Numbered from the stretch's first letter, positions 1-10,239 are shown. The stretch: 64,000 bases of DNA from an uncultured Acidimicrobiaceae bacterium (GCA_963706205.1 OY970155.1:1584064-1648063), one strand, 5' to 3'. Numbers and translations are program-made. The notes: a model not told the origin generated them from the letters alone.

Positions 1-1136
1 CCGGCCGGGAACACGAGATCGAAGTTCACGCCGTTGGGAAACCCGGCGCTGGCCAGCATGGCCTTAGCCTTGGCCGGGTCGTACGAGTAGCTGTTGCCGA
101 CCGTTGGGTTATATCCCGGGGACGTGCTCGGGAACGGCTGATACGCCGGCTGCCCGAGCCCGTTCAGGACCACCCGGTTGATCTCCTGGCGGTTGATGCC
201 GTACTCGAGTGCGGCACGTACCTTGGGGTTGTTGAACGGCGGAGTGTTCTCGCGCAGCTGCATCAGCATGTACTGGTACGACGGCGTGATGGCGATCCCG
301 ATGTTGGAGTACTTCTTGGCCGTCGGGTAGTCCCCGGGCATGAGCTCGATCATGTCCACCGATCCACCGATCAAGGCGCTGATCGCCTGAGGGCCGGCGG
401 TCAATTGCACGAAGTCGACCCCTCCCAACTTGTACGCCGACTTGTCGAAGTAGCTCTTGTTGGCCGTGAGGGCGATCTCCGAGCCCGGCTGGTAGCTCTT
501 CAACACGAACGGTCCCGATCCGACCGGAGTGGTGGCGGCCGTGGCGATGGACGACGGCGCCATCACCATGCCGTCGATGAAGCTGAAGGCGAGGAGGAGG
601 TCACCGGGGGTGGGGGGCTGCTTCAACTGAAGGACCAGAGTGGTCGGGTTGGTCACGGACATGGTCTGGATGGCCTCGAGGGAGGTGCGCAATGGACTCA
701 TGCGGACGTGCTCGATGCTCTGCATCACGGCATTGGCGTCGACCGGAGCACCGTTGGAGAACGTCACCCCGGGGCGGATGTGCAGAGTGAGAGTCGAGCC
801 CGCAACCTGCCAGGACTGGGCGATGCCGGAAAGGATGGCGTTGTTGCCCTGTATCCCCGGTGGCTCGTCGGTGATGCTCGAGTAGATCTGCGACAGCTCT
901 TGGAACGAGCAGTCGTTTTCCCCGGTACCGGGATCGAAGTCGTTCGAGAATCCGTTGTTGAGGTCGACCCCGAAGCGCAGTACGCCGTTGGGGTTGGGTG
1001 TTCCGGCACTCGAGGACGCCTGGGGGCTACCGCCTCCGCCGCTACAGGCGGCGAGGACGAGCGACGATGCGGTGAGGCAGCCCACGACCCAACGTGCCTT
1101 GCGTGTCCGTCCACCGTCCGTCGCCGCTGGTCGCAT
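1..1136 (-). CDS. ABC transporter substrate-binding lipoprotein, family 5 (peptide/nickel type); 3' end lies outside the window
   Basis: Absent from the ORF track because it runs off the window. My reverse-complement translation from the ATG at 1136..1134 gives MRPAATDGGRTRKARWVVGCLTASSLVLAACSGGGGS (signal peptide plus lipobox LAAC), then ...GVLRFGVDLNNGFSNDFDPG...LHIRPGVTFSNGAPVDA..., typical of SBP_bac_5 proteins. Confidence 0.7.
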   Translation of the reverse strand, partial: MRPAATDGGRTRKARWVVGCLTASSLVLAACSGGGGSPQASSSAGTPNPNGVLRFGVDLNNGFSNDFDPGTGENDCSFQELSQIYSSITDEPPGIQGNNAILSGIAQSWQVAGSTLTLHIRPGVTFSNGAPVDANAVMQSIEHVRMSPLRTSLEAIQTMSVTNPTTLVLQLKQPPTPGDLLLAFSFIDGMVMAPSSIATAATTPVGSGPFVLKSYQPGSEIALTANKSYFDKSAYKLGGVDFVQLTAGPQAISALIGGSVDMIELMPGDYPTAKKYSNIGIAITPSYQYMLMQLRENTPPFNNPKVRAALEYGINRQEINRVVLNGLGQPAYQPFPSTSPGYNPTVGNSYSYDPAKAKAMLASAGFPNGVNFDLVFPA

Positions 1137-1300
1137 GGCTCCCCTCCCGTGCAGTCCGGAGTCCCCCGAGTCTCCGCCTTCGTCCCTGACATCGGTGTCA
1201 GTCGGGCCAGGGTAGTTCCGGGCGACGCGCGAAGCGAGCAATCCGCTTGCCTCGCACTAGCCTGTCGCCGGTGGCCGGCAACTGCAGCAATGTCAGCGAC

Positions 1301-2152
1301 ATGACCGGGCGCAACGTCGTCGTCACCGGCGGAAACAGCGGCATCGGCAAGGCGACGGCCGAGGCGCTGGCGCGCCTCGGTGCCCGCGTCGTGATCACGT
1401 CGCGCGATCCCGACCGGGGCGCGGCGGCCGTGTCCGACATCCGACGGGCGACCGCCAACGACGCCGTCGAGTGCGTACGCCTCGATCTGTCCAGCCTGGC
1501 ATCGGTGCGGTCCTGCGCCGCCGACCTGCTCGAACGTCTCGACCAGATCCACGTCCTGGACCTGAACGCCGGCGGCGTCCTGTCACGGCGGACCGAGACG
1601 GAGGACGGATTCGAGACGCAATTCCAGGCCAACCACCTGGGCCACTTCCTCCTCAGCCAACTGCTCCTCGACCGCTTGAAGCGCAGCGCCCCCGCCCGGG
1701 TCGTCGTCGTGTCGTCGTGGGGCCACACCCAGGCCCGTGGTGGTCTCGATTTCAACGATCTCCAATGGGCGGCCCGGCCCTACCGGGGTTCGTTGGTCTA
1801 CAGCGCGACCAAGCTGATGAACCTCTACTTCACCTTCGAACTGGCCCGACGTCTGTCGGACACCGATGTGACCGCCAACGCCCTGCATCCCGGTTTCGTG
1901 GCCTCGGGATTCGCCATGTCGGGGGATACGAACCTGCTCCGGCTCGGCATCATGGTGAGCCGGCTTTTCGCCCGCTCGCCGCAGAAGGGGGCGGCGACCG
2001 CCATCTGGTTGGCCGCCTCCGACGAGGTGAAGGCGGTCACCGGGAAGTACTTCGCCGACTGCCGGGAGAAGGCGCCATCGGCCGCCGCCCTCGACGCGGA
2101 CGCCGCCCGGCGCCTGTGGGACCTGAGCGCGGAACTCGCCGGTCTCGGCTGA
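1301..2152 (+). CDS. short-chain dehydrogenase/reductase (retinol-dehydrogenase-like SDR)
   Basis: ORF 1247..2152, start trimmed to MTGRNVVVTGGNSGIGKATA (Rossmann TGxxxGIG). Catalytic YSATK (YxxxK) is present. Confidence 0.85.
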   Translation: MTGRNVVVTGGNSGIGKATAEALARLGARVVITSRDPDRGAAAVSDIRRATANDAVECVRLDLSSLASVRSCAADLLERLDQIHVLDLNAGGVLSRRTETEDGFETQFQANHLGHFLLSQLLLDRLKRSAPARVVVVSSWGHTQARGGLDFNDLQWAARPYRGSLVYSATKLMNLYFTFELARRLSDTDVTANALHPGFVASGFAMSGDTNLLRLGIMVSRLFARSPQKGAATAIWLAASDEVKAVTGKYFADCREKAPSAAALDADAARRLWDLSAELAGLG

Positions 2153-2163
2153 GGGGACCACCG

Positions 2164-2544
2164 GTGGTGACGACGGAGCAGTACCGGCGGGTTCTCGAGG
2201 AGCATCTCGCCCAGGTCGAAGCGGAGCTGGCCGAGCGTCGGCGTGCCGCCGCCCCGAGTGGGGAACGTCCCGGGTTCGGCAAGCGGGCCGGGGACTACGT
2301 GGCGCAGGTGGTCGAGGACCGGACCAACAACCAGTTGGCCGACAGCCTGTCCGTCACCGCCGACTCCATCCGCCGTGCACTCGCCTCGATCGACGACGGA
2401 CGGTTCGGTCGCTGCCGGTCCTGCGCAGAGCCCATCGCCGACGACCGGCTCCAGGCCGTTCCGTGGGCCCCGCTTTGCATGCGTTGTCAGTCCCTGGGCG
2501 AGCACGGACGCGCCACCTCGGCGCTGCGACGCCCGAACCGCTGA
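2164..2544 (+). CDS. TraR/DksA-family C4 zinc-finger protein
   Basis: Tail of ORF 1471..2544 read from the GTG at 2164: VVTTEQYRRVLEEHLAQVEAELAERRR... with CRSCAEPIADDRLQAVPWAPLCMRC (CxxC-N17-CxxC). Confidence 0.7.
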   Translation: MVTTEQYRRVLEEHLAQVEAELAERRRAAAPSGERPGFGKRAGDYVAQVVEDRTNNQLADSLSVTADSIRRALASIDDGRFGRCRSCAEPIADDRLQAVPWAPLCMRCQSLGEHGRATSALRRPNR

Positions 2545-2554
2545 TCCGAACCGG

Positions 2555-5143
2555 TTACGACACCACGGTCACGGGAACGCGCCACGCGATGTCGGCGGAC
2601 GACCGGCCGATGTTGAGCACGTACGGGCCCGGGTCGATCCGCCATCCCCCTGGCCGGTCGGACCCGGTCGCCTTGTTGATCATGCTCCCCAGGGGCATCC
2701 GCGCCCGCAGGCTCGTGGTCTCACGCGTTCCCGGGTCCCAGCAGGCGAAGGCGCGATCGTTCAGGACGAGAGCGACGGTCCCCGTCTCCCCGGGCTCGAG
2801 CCCGATCTTCGCGAAGGCCTTCAGCTCCTTGGCGGGGCGGACGAGTCCGCCGGAGGGCGGCGCCACGTAGCACTGGACGACCTCGCTCCCGGCCCGGGGG
2901 CCGTTGTTGGAGACGGGCACCGTGATCACCAGATCGTTCCCCGGCGCGAAGGACCCGGCCGAGAGCACCGGTTCACCCAGGACGAACGTCGTGTACGACA
3001 ACCCGTGACCGAAAGGAAAGGTGACGTCGATTCGCCGCCCTTCGTACCAGCGGTAGCCGACCAGCAGGCCCTCCCCGTAGCGCAGCTCGCTACGTTCACC
3101 GGGGAAGGTGGGAAACGCCGGAGTGTCCTCCACTCGTACGGGGAAGGTGACGGGCAGCCGTCCACCGGGTTCGGTTTCCCCCATGAGGACGTCGGCGACG
3201 GCCGCCGCCATCTCCTGGCCGCCGAACCAGATCTGCAGCACGGCACCCACGTCGTCCGCCCACGGCATCGCCACGGGGGCGCCGGTATTCACGACGACCA
3301 CCGTCCTGCTGTTGACCGCCGCCACCCTCCGGACGAGATCGTCCTGATCGGCCGGGAGGAGGAGCGATCCCCGGTCGAAGCCCTCGGACTCCCACTCGTT
3401 GGACGTCCCGACCACGACGACGGCGACATCCGCGTCCCCGGCGGCGGCCACGGCGCGTTCGAGCAGGTCGGCCGGAGCCAACCATCGGCATCCCACCCTG
3501 AAGGCGAACAGCCCCTGGGCGCCGAGCGTGTCGTACTCGATCCCGATCTCCACCTCCCGACCGCCGTCGATGTCGACCTCGTGCGTCAGCTCCTCACATC
3601 CGAGGCCCATGAAGCTCGAACCTCGCGGGAGCGACTCCCCGAATCCGTCGAGGACCACCTCGCCGTCGATCAGCACCCGCGCCCGGCCGACGTGGGTCAG
3701 TGTGAAGAGGAACCGGCCCGTTTCGGACGGCCGGTACTTTCCGGTGGCGTGGACGGAGAACGGCCCGTCCAGGCCGGGAACGGGTGGGCCGAGGTGAGTG
3801 AGCTCGGTCGCGTGCAGCTCGCTCTCGTGGAGGACGTCGCCGGCACCGTCGAGGGCGCCGGTGTATCGCGCCTCCAGCGGGATGCGAAGGATCGACGTGG
3901 TCCGGGCCAGGTCCACGCCCGGCTCGTGGACCACTGCGGTGTGCTCGCCCAGCGTGGTGCGCAGGGCGTCGAGCGGGCTCGTCCTGTGGTCCGGTTCGAC
4001 AGCGGCCGACCCGCCTCCCATCATGACGGCGCGGTCGGCGTTCGGACCCACCACGGCCAACCGGCCGAGGTTCTTCGGCAGGGGAAGGACGCCCGTGTTC
4101 TTGAGCAGCACGATCGATGCGGTCGCCGCCCGGCGGGCGACCGTGGCGCGCCGCTCGGGCGCCGGTCTCGGGGACGACGGCGCGCTGTCCGCCCCGTCGA
4201 GCAGTCCCAACCGGTCGTAGACCGACAGCAGCCTCTCGACCTGGTCGTCGAGGGCGGCTTCGGTCACGGCGCCGCTGCGCACCGCCTCGGCCAGGGCGCG
4301 ACCATAGGCCCGGCCCGGTCCGGGCATCTCGAGGTCAACCCCGGCATCCGTCGACGCCACCGTCGACGCCACCCCGTACCAGTCGGTCAGGACGAACCCT
4401 CCGAAGCCCCATTCCCCGCGCAGGATGTCCGTCAGCAGCGTCCGGTCCTCGGAACACCACGTCCCGTTCAGGCGGTTGTAGCCGGTCATCACCCCGAGCG
4501 TGCCCCCGCGGCGCACGGCGTGTTCGAATGGCACCAGGTAGATCTCGCGCAGGGTGCGTTCGTCGATCACCGAGCTCATGGTGTACCGCTCGAACTCGGC
4601 GTCGTTGCCGACGAAGTGCTTGACCGTCGTGGCCACTCCCTGCGACTGCACGCCGTCGATGAAGGCGGCCGCCAACGTCCCGGACAGAAGGGGATCCTCC
4701 GAGTAGCACTCGAAGTTGCGTCCGGCCAGCGGCGAGCGGGGAATGTTCACCGTCGGTGCCAGCAGTACGTGGCATCCCCGGGCCAGTGCCTCCTCACCGA
4801 GCAGGACTCCGACGTCCCGGACGACGTCGGGATCCCAGGTGGCGCCGAGCGCCGATCCGCACGGTACACAGGTCGTGGGGTGTGCTTCAGGGCCCGGCAG
4901 CGTCGTCCCGCGGGCTCCGTTGGGTCCGTCGGTCACGCCCACCGACGGGATGCCGACGCGCGCGACGCCGGGAACGGTCCACAGGTCCTGGCCGGCGGTG
5001 AGAGACGCCTTCTCGTCGATCGTGAGGCCGTCGATCAGCCGTCGGACCTTCGCCTGGGCCGGCCCCTCCTCGGTGCTGTCCCGGTGGCGCGCGGCGCTGT
5101 CGACTGTGTCCCTGTCAGCTGTGTCCATCTCGCCTGAGTCCAT
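2555..5143 (-). CDS. glycoside hydrolase family 3 beta-glucosidase with PA14-like insert and C-terminal Fn3-like domain
   Basis: Intact 862-aa ORF. GH3 hallmarks KHFVGNDAEFER and GFVLTDW (nucleophile Asp). The long antisense ORF 2243..5137 is a shadow. Confidence 0.9.
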   Translation of the reverse strand: MDSGEMDTADRDTVDSAARHRDSTEEGPAQAKVRRLIDGLTIDEKASLTAGQDLWTVPGVARVGIPSVGVTDGPNGARGTTLPGPEAHPTTCVPCGSALGATWDPDVVRDVGVLLGEEALARGCHVLLAPTVNIPRSPLAGRNFECYSEDPLLSGTLAAAFIDGVQSQGVATTVKHFVGNDAEFERYTMSSVIDERTLREIYLVPFEHAVRRGGTLGVMTGYNRLNGTWCSEDRTLLTDILRGEWGFGGFVLTDWYGVASTVASTDAGVDLEMPGPGRAYGRALAEAVRSGAVTEAALDDQVERLLSVYDRLGLLDGADSAPSSPRPAPERRATVARRAATASIVLLKNTGVLPLPKNLGRLAVVGPNADRAVMMGGGSAAVEPDHRTSPLDALRTTLGEHTAVVHEPGVDLARTTSILRIPLEARYTGALDGAGDVLHESELHATELTHLGPPVPGLDGPFSVHATGKYRPSETGRFLFTLTHVGRARVLIDGEVVLDGFGESLPRGSSFMGLGCEELTHEVDIDGGREVEIGIEYDTLGAQGLFAFRVGCRWLAPADLLERAVAAAGDADVAVVVVGTSNEWESEGFDRGSLLLPADQDDLVRRVAAVNSRTVVVVNTGAPVAMPWADDVGAVLQIWFGGQEMAAAVADVLMGETEPGGRLPVTFPVRVEDTPAFPTFPGERSELRYGEGLLVGYRWYEGRRIDVTFPFGHGLSYTTFVLGEPVLSAGSFAPGNDLVITVPVSNNGPRAGSEVVQCYVAPPSGGLVRPAKELKAFAKIGLEPGETGTVALVLNDRAFACWDPGTRETTSLRARMPLGSMINKATGSDRPGGWRIDPGPYVLNIGRSSADIAWRVPVTVVS

Positions 5144-5258
5144 GCGACAGTCTGGCGTGTCGGACGGGCTGTGGTCTGATGTCGCCTCGGCGACCGGGTG
5201 ACACCGTTACTGTGACGCCAGCCGTGGGTACACGGCCGACCACGACGGTGGAGGTGAG

Positions 5259-6251
5259 GTGAAGACCGGCGACCTGACGACGCCCGCCCTCGTGGTGGAT
5301 CGCACCCTGCTCGAGGCCAACCTGGCCACCATGGCGGCTGTCCTACCCGGCCCGCGCCTGCGGCCCCACGTGAAAGCGCACAAATGCACGGCCCTGGCCC
5401 GCCGGCAGGCCGCCCACGGGCACGACGGATTCACCTGCGCCACCATCTCCGAGATGGAGGGGATGGCCGGAGCGGGTCTCGGTGCGGACCTCCTCCTGGC
5501 CAACGAAGTCGCCGACGCCCGTCGCCTGGGTCGGCTCGTCAGTTCCGGTGCCCGGGTGACCCTGGCGGTGGACTCGGAGGCCACGATCGTCGCCGCCCGG
5601 GCCGGAGGCGTCGACGAGGTCGTCATCGATGTCAATGTGGGCCTGCCCCGCTGCGGATGTCCTCCCGGCGAGGCGGGACGGCTGGCCGACATGGCGCGGG
5701 CGAGCGGCCTAGACGTACGCGGCGTGATGGGCTACGAGGGCCACATCGTGGGTGTGGCGGACAGGGCCACCCGCATGGACATGATCGAACCGGCCATGGA
5801 GGCCCTGCTCGAAGCCCACGGTGACGTGGGTGGCGATCTGGTGTCGGCGGGCGGGACGGGAACGTACGACATCAACACATGGGCCACCGAGATCCAGGCC
5901 GGTTCGTACGCCCTGATGGACACGGCTTACGCACAGCTCGGACTCCCTTTCGGCCAAGCTCTGCACATCGAGGCCACCGTCATCTCGGTGTCAGCCGGCT
6001 GGGCGGTGGCCGACTGCGGCCTGAAGGCTCTGGCAATGGATCACGGCAACCCCGAGATCGAGGGATCCCAGGTCTGGTTCTGCTCGGACGAGCATGTGAC
6101 CTTCGCACCGGGCCGGCCCCTGAAGGTCGGCGACCGGATTCTCGTGACAGCGGCTCACGTCGATCCCACCGTGGCCAAGCACGAGAGGATGTTCGTCGTC
6201 GACGGCGACGACGTCCTCGAGACCTGGCCCGTCGACCTCCGTGGGTGGTGA
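5259..6251 (+). CDS. PLP enzyme of the D-serine deaminase / D-threonine aldolase family (alanine-racemase N-terminal fold)
   Basis: 330-aa ORF with GTG start preceded by GGAGGTGAG. N-terminal ...LRPHVKAHKCTALA (PLP-lysine context) and a C-terminal beta domain. Confidence 0.7.
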   Translation: MKTGDLTTPALVVDRTLLEANLATMAAVLPGPRLRPHVKAHKCTALARRQAAHGHDGFTCATISEMEGMAGAGLGADLLLANEVADARRLGRLVSSGARVTLAVDSEATIVAARAGGVDEVVIDVNVGLPRCGCPPGEAGRLADMARASGLDVRGVMGYEGHIVGVADRATRMDMIEPAMEALLEAHGDVGGDLVSAGGTGTYDINTWATEIQAGSYALMDTAYAQLGLPFGQALHIEATVISVSAGWAVADCGLKALAMDHGNPEIEGSQVWFCSDEHVTFAPGRPLKVGDRILVTAAHVDPTVAKHERMFVVDGDDVLETWPVDLRGW

Positions 6252-6268
6252 CCGGATACGGTGCAGCT

Positions 6269-7255
6269 ATGACCGAAGACTCCTACACACTCGCCGGCAG
6301 TGATGTCACGATTCCTCTCCTCGGAGTGGGGACGTGGGCGTGGGGTGACCGGTCCACGTGGGGCATGGGAGGCTACGACTCCGATCTGACACTGGCGTCG
6401 ATCGAAGGGGCGTGGGACGCCTCGATCGACGCCGGCGTCACGCTGTTCGACACCGCCGAGGTCTACGGGCGCGGTGAGAGCGAACGGATCATCGGTGCGA
6501 TGTGCGGCCGCGACCGGCCTCGGGCGGAGAAGGTCGTCCTGGCCACGAAGTTCATGCCATCACCGTGGAAGCTGAACGTGAGGGCCGCTCTGCTCAAGTC
6601 CCTGCGGGCATCGCTGCAGCGTCTCGGGGTGCCCTGCGTCGACCTCTACCAGATCCACGGACCGGTGAGCCTCCGTTCCCACGCCGCCCTGGCCGACGCG
6701 CTGGCGGCGGCCCGCCACGCGGGCCTGGTCAAAGCGGTGGGAGTCTCCAACTACTCGGTCAGAGAGACCCGCTCGATCGCGGCGGAACTGGCCAAGCGCG
6801 ACCTGCGACTGGCCACCAATCAGATCGAGTTCTCTCTGCTGCGACGCGTCCCCGAGACCGGCGGACTACTGGCGGCCTGTGCCGAGCTTGGGGTCGTCCC
6901 CCTGGCCTACTCCCCGATCGGCCAGGGGCGTCTCACAGGGAAGTATTCCGTCGCCCAGCCACCCCCGGGCAAGCGAACCTTCTCCAACCATCCGATGGCG
7001 ATCGTCGACGCCGTGGTGGCGGAGCTGCGGACGGTCGGTGAGAAGCACGGGGGGAAAACGCCGAGCCAGGTGGCGCTCAACTGGATCATCGCCAAGGGCG
7101 CCGTCCCCATCCCCGGAGCCAAGAGCGCCGCCCAGGCGCTCGAGAATGCCGGTGCGCTCGGGTGGCGCATGGACGCCGATGATCTCGCCGCGCTCGACGA
7201 GGCGGCCCTGTCGGGGATACGGAACATCTCGAGCCGCGTCTGGCAGCACGGCTGA
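6269..7255 (+). CDS. aldo/keto reductase
   Basis: Read from the ATG at 6269 in the frame of ORF 5879..7255: MTEDSYTLAGSDVTIPLLGVGTWAWGD..., DLYQIHGP, AVGVSNY. Confidence 0.85.
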   Translation: MTEDSYTLAGSDVTIPLLGVGTWAWGDRSTWGMGGYDSDLTLASIEGAWDASIDAGVTLFDTAEVYGRGESERIIGAMCGRDRPRAEKVVLATKFMPSPWKLNVRAALLKSLRASLQRLGVPCVDLYQIHGPVSLRSHAALADALAAARHAGLVKAVGVSNYSVRETRSIAAELAKRDLRLATNQIEFSLLRRVPETGGLLAACAELGVVPLAYSPIGQGRLTGKYSVAQPPPGKRTFSNHPMAIVDAVVAELRTVGEKHGGKTPSQVALNWIIAKGAVPIPGAKSAAQALENAGALGWRMDADDLAALDEAALSGIRNISSRVWQHG

Positions 7256-7496
7256 GCGCCGGATCGGATCGGGCGCGGCGGTGTTCCGACGCCTGCCGCC
7301 CCTCGGTGTCCTGGTGGCAGCCGGACTCGCCTTGGCGCGTGTGGCCCAGGGTCGTCACCCCCGTCCCCGCCGGGCCGAGCCCGCATCGGACGCCGTCCAC
7401 CGGGGCATCGACTGCTTCTACGTCTACCGACGGTGAACGGTCAGACCGGGCCCAACGCAAACCTCCACATCGATCCCCGCTCAGGGCGATCCGCCG

Positions 7497-7823
7497 TCAC
7501 CACAGTGTCTGGAGTTTCACGAGTGATCGGATGTAGGCATTTTCCGCCGCGGTGAGGTCCCCGAACTGGATGCCCGCCCTGATCCCGTCGTCGTTGGCTT
7601 CCACCGCGTGCCTGACCTCACCACGCAGGTCGACGGATACGGCGATGGTCCGTTGCGCCATCTCGTCGGTGATGGTCCCGAAGAGCTCGAGTCCCGCTCC
7701 CAAGGTCGACACGTCGACGACCCGACACGGACGCCACACATCGCTCGGGTCGCCCTCGATCATGTACCGACCCTGCCAATCCGTGAATTGACGCGGTAAC
7801 AGCCGTCTCAGCCGGAGTTCCAT
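7497..7823 (-). CDS. stand-alone PilZ-domain protein (putative c-di-GMP receptor)
   Basis: ORF 7497..7889 trimmed to MELRLRRLLPRQ (ATG 7823, purine-rich RBS upstream). PilZ motifs RLLPR (RxxxR) and DVSTLG (DxSxxG). Confidence 0.6.
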   Translation of the reverse strand: MELRLRRLLPRQFTDWQGRYMIEGDPSDVWRPCRVVDVSTLGAGLELFGTITDEMAQRTIAVSVDLRGEVRHAVEANDDGIRAGIQFGDLTAAENAYIRSLVKLQTLW

Positions 7824-7962
7824 GGCGCCCCCCTCTTGCCCATGAGCGGTGACGATGACCTCGACACCTCGGAGAGGCGACTTGAACAAGCGAATCCCAG
7901 CGTTTTCCCAACGGCCCCGTTCGGCGCGGATCGTCGGCGTCGCCGTCGTCGCCGGCGTGGCG

Positions 7963-9372
7963 TCAGTTCGCCTCCGCCACCGGACGCCGGATCCAGACCG
8001 TCATCCGGGTGCCGCGATCGTCGACGACGGGGGATTCCGCTGTCACCACCGCCTTCATCGCCGCCGCCAACTCGGACACGATGGCCAGGCCCAGCCCCGA
8101 TCCCAGGCGCCTGCTGGTCACCCGGTCGGACGTGAAGTGCCGTTCGAAGACGCGGGGCAGGTCCTCGGGGGCGATCCCCGGACCGTCATCGACGACCCAG
8201 ATGGCGATCGAGGAACCGACGATGCCCGCTCCCACCACCACGCGTGTCGTCGCGTGCTTGAAGGCGTTCTCGGTCAGGTTGGCCACCACCTGTCCGAGCC
8301 GGTCGGGATCGGCGTCGGCCCAGAGACCGCCGCCGGGGGCCACGGCGGTCGTCAGCTCGAGTCCGAGGCTCTCGGCCTCGGGCCGGAAGCCGGCGGCGGC
8401 GAGGCCGACCACCTCGGCGCAGTCCACCCGCTGCACGTCGAGGGAGAACTTCTGGGCGTCGAGTCGGGCGAGATCGAGCAGATCCTGAAGCAGTCGCCCG
8501 AGGCGGCGGGCCTCGGAGGCGATCACGGCCGTGGCCGCGGCGATGTCCTCGGTCGTCCCGTCGCCGATGGCATCGGCGTAACCGATGATCGACGTGAGCG
8601 GTGTCCGCAGCTCGTGGGACACGGAGAGAAGAAACTGCCGCTCGAGGTTCTGGGACCGACTCAAGCTGTCGCCCATGATGTTGATGGCCTCGCCCAGCTC
8701 CGTCAGCTCCGGGTAGTCCCCGGCGCTGACCGGCACCCTGGCGGACAGGTCTCCACCGGCCAGTTGCCCCGTTGTCGTGACCGCCCGCACGAGGGGTGCG
8801 CTGATGCGGCGGGCCAGTCCCGAGGCGACCACGGCGGCCACCAGCAGAGCCCCCCCGGTCACCAGCACGAAGTACAGCAACCCGTTGGCCGGGTCGTTCA
8901 CGGTGCGCACAGCAAGCAGCACCGCCGCGTCACCGGCCGGGATGTCCAGGTTTGTTCTCTGTCGCGCCGTGAGGACGACGGGTACGGCGGCGAAGACCAC
9001 GTTGCCCGCGCTGCCCGAAACGGTCTGGTTGTTTTGCAGGGCCGCCGGGTCGAGCAGCGACGGGGTCATGGGAGGGGGAAGGGCCGTGAGTTGTCCGGCG
9101 GGAGTGAGCCCGACGGCTTGGAAGAAGGCGTACGAGCCCACCACCCGCAGGGCGGCCAGCACCCGGTTGGCGCGTATCTTGGCCCCCACCCCGACGTCGG
9201 AGGCCAGTGTCCCCTCCGCCAGCAGCTGCGCCACGGCGGTCGCCTCCTGGACCGTCTCGGTCCCGGCCGTCGAGGTGCTGGCCCGTCGGATGAGCAACAG
9301 GCTGCCGGCGGTGGTGAGCACCAGCGTGCCGGTGACCACGGCCACGATGGCGATCGTGAGACGTCGGCGCAT
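7963..9372 (-). CDS. sensor histidine kinase (two TM segments, HAMP, HisKA, HATPase)
   Basis: 469-aa ORF with H-box SHELRTPLTSIIGYADAI and G-box GSGLGLAIV. Lies 19 bp downstream of the response regulator. Confidence 0.9.
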   Translation of the reverse strand: MRRRLTIAIVAVVTGTLVLTTAGSLLLIRRASTSTAGTETVQEATAVAQLLAEGTLASDVGVGAKIRANRVLAALRVVGSYAFFQAVGLTPAGQLTALPPPMTPSLLDPAALQNNQTVSGSAGNVVFAAVPVVLTARQRTNLDIPAGDAAVLLAVRTVNDPANGLLYFVLVTGGALLVAAVVASGLARRISAPLVRAVTTTGQLAGGDLSARVPVSAGDYPELTELGEAINIMGDSLSRSQNLERQFLLSVSHELRTPLTSIIGYADAIGDGTTEDIAAATAVIASEARRLGRLLQDLLDLARLDAQKFSLDVQRVDCAEVVGLAAAGFRPEAESLGLELTTAVAPGGGLWADADPDRLGQVVANLTENAFKHATTRVVVGAGIVGSSIAIWVVDDGPGIAPEDLPRVFERHFTSDRVTSRRLGSGLGLAIVSELAAAMKAVVTAESPVVDDRGTRMTVWIRRPVAEAN

Positions 9373-9390
9373 GCGGAAGACCAGTCCTGC

Positions 9391-10158
9391 TCAGGCGAGC
9401 CGGTAGCCCACACCCCACACGGTGGTGAGAGGCAGCTCGTCGCCGAGCTTCTTCCGCAGCTGTCGGACGTGGACGTCGACGGTCCGCTCGTCGCCGTACC
9501 AACCTTCGCCCCACACCCCGTCGAGCAGCTGCCGCCGCGACAGCGCCAGGCCGCGGTTGGCGGCCAGGTAGGCCAAGAGATCGAACTCGCGGGTAGTGAG
9601 GGCCACGACTCTCCCCGCGCACAGGACCTCGCGCCGGCCCGTGTCCACCACCACCGCTCCGATCTCGGTCGTCACCGGTTCGACTCTGGCGGTAGTGCCG
9701 GCCCGGCGGAGGATGGCCTTGACCCGGGCCACCAGCTCGCGGGGAGAGAACGGCTTGGTCACATAGTCGTCGGCACCCAGCTCGAGCCCGAGCACCCGGT
9801 CGATCTCGTCGTCGCGTGCGGTGAGGATGATGACGGGGACGTCACTCGTCCGGCGCACCTGGCGGCAGAGCTCGAGGCCGTCAAGCTCACCGGGAAGCCC
9901 GATGTCCACGATCAGCAGCGTGGGCCGTTCGCGGTCCATGTAGGACAGTCCGTGCTCGGCGTCGTCGGCTTGGAGGACTCGGAAGCCCTCCCGGCGGAGG
10001 TACATGGCGACCAGGTCGGAGATGTTGTGGTCATCTTCGACCACGATGACGGTGTCGTCGCTGGTGGTCACCTCACCAGCCTGCCATGTCGACCCTGTTG
10101 CGCCGGGGAGTGCGCCGGGGGGGACCAGCTCCGCCCGTGGGCCGGCCGCTGCCACCAC
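9391..10158 (-). CDS. OmpR-family response regulator
   Basis: Receiver domain (TVIVVEDDHNI...LLIVDIGLPG) plus winged helix (...TVWGVGYRL). The true start may be the GTG at 10071 (VTTSDDTVIVVEDD). Confidence 0.9.
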   Translation of the reverse strand: MVAAAGPRAELVPPGALPGATGSTWQAGEVTTSDDTVIVVEDDHNISDLVAMYLRREGFRVLQADDAEHGLSYMDRERPTLLIVDIGLPGELDGLELCRQVRRTSDVPVIILTARDDEIDRVLGLELGADDYVTKPFSPRELVARVKAILRRAGTTARVEPVTTEIGAVVVDTGRREVLCAGRVVALTTREFDLLAYLAANRGLALSRRQLLDGVWGEGWYGDERTVDVHVRQLRKKLGDELPLTTVWGVGYRLA

Positions 10159-10239
10159 GGCCGTCGCACCCGGGTCATTCCACCAGTGGACCCCCGAGAG
10201 GTGAGGAGTCGTCGGTGACGATGTTAGGGAACCGTGAGG

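Noticed and set aside
2243-5137. 964-aa plus-strand ORF
   Set aside because: It is exactly antisense to the well-supported GH3 gene. The Arg/Pro/Gly-rich, low-complexity translation is typical of shadow ORFs in high-GC DNA.
7849-10218. 789-aa plus-strand ORF
   Set aside because: It is antisense to the histidine kinase and response regulator and has no domain-like sequence.
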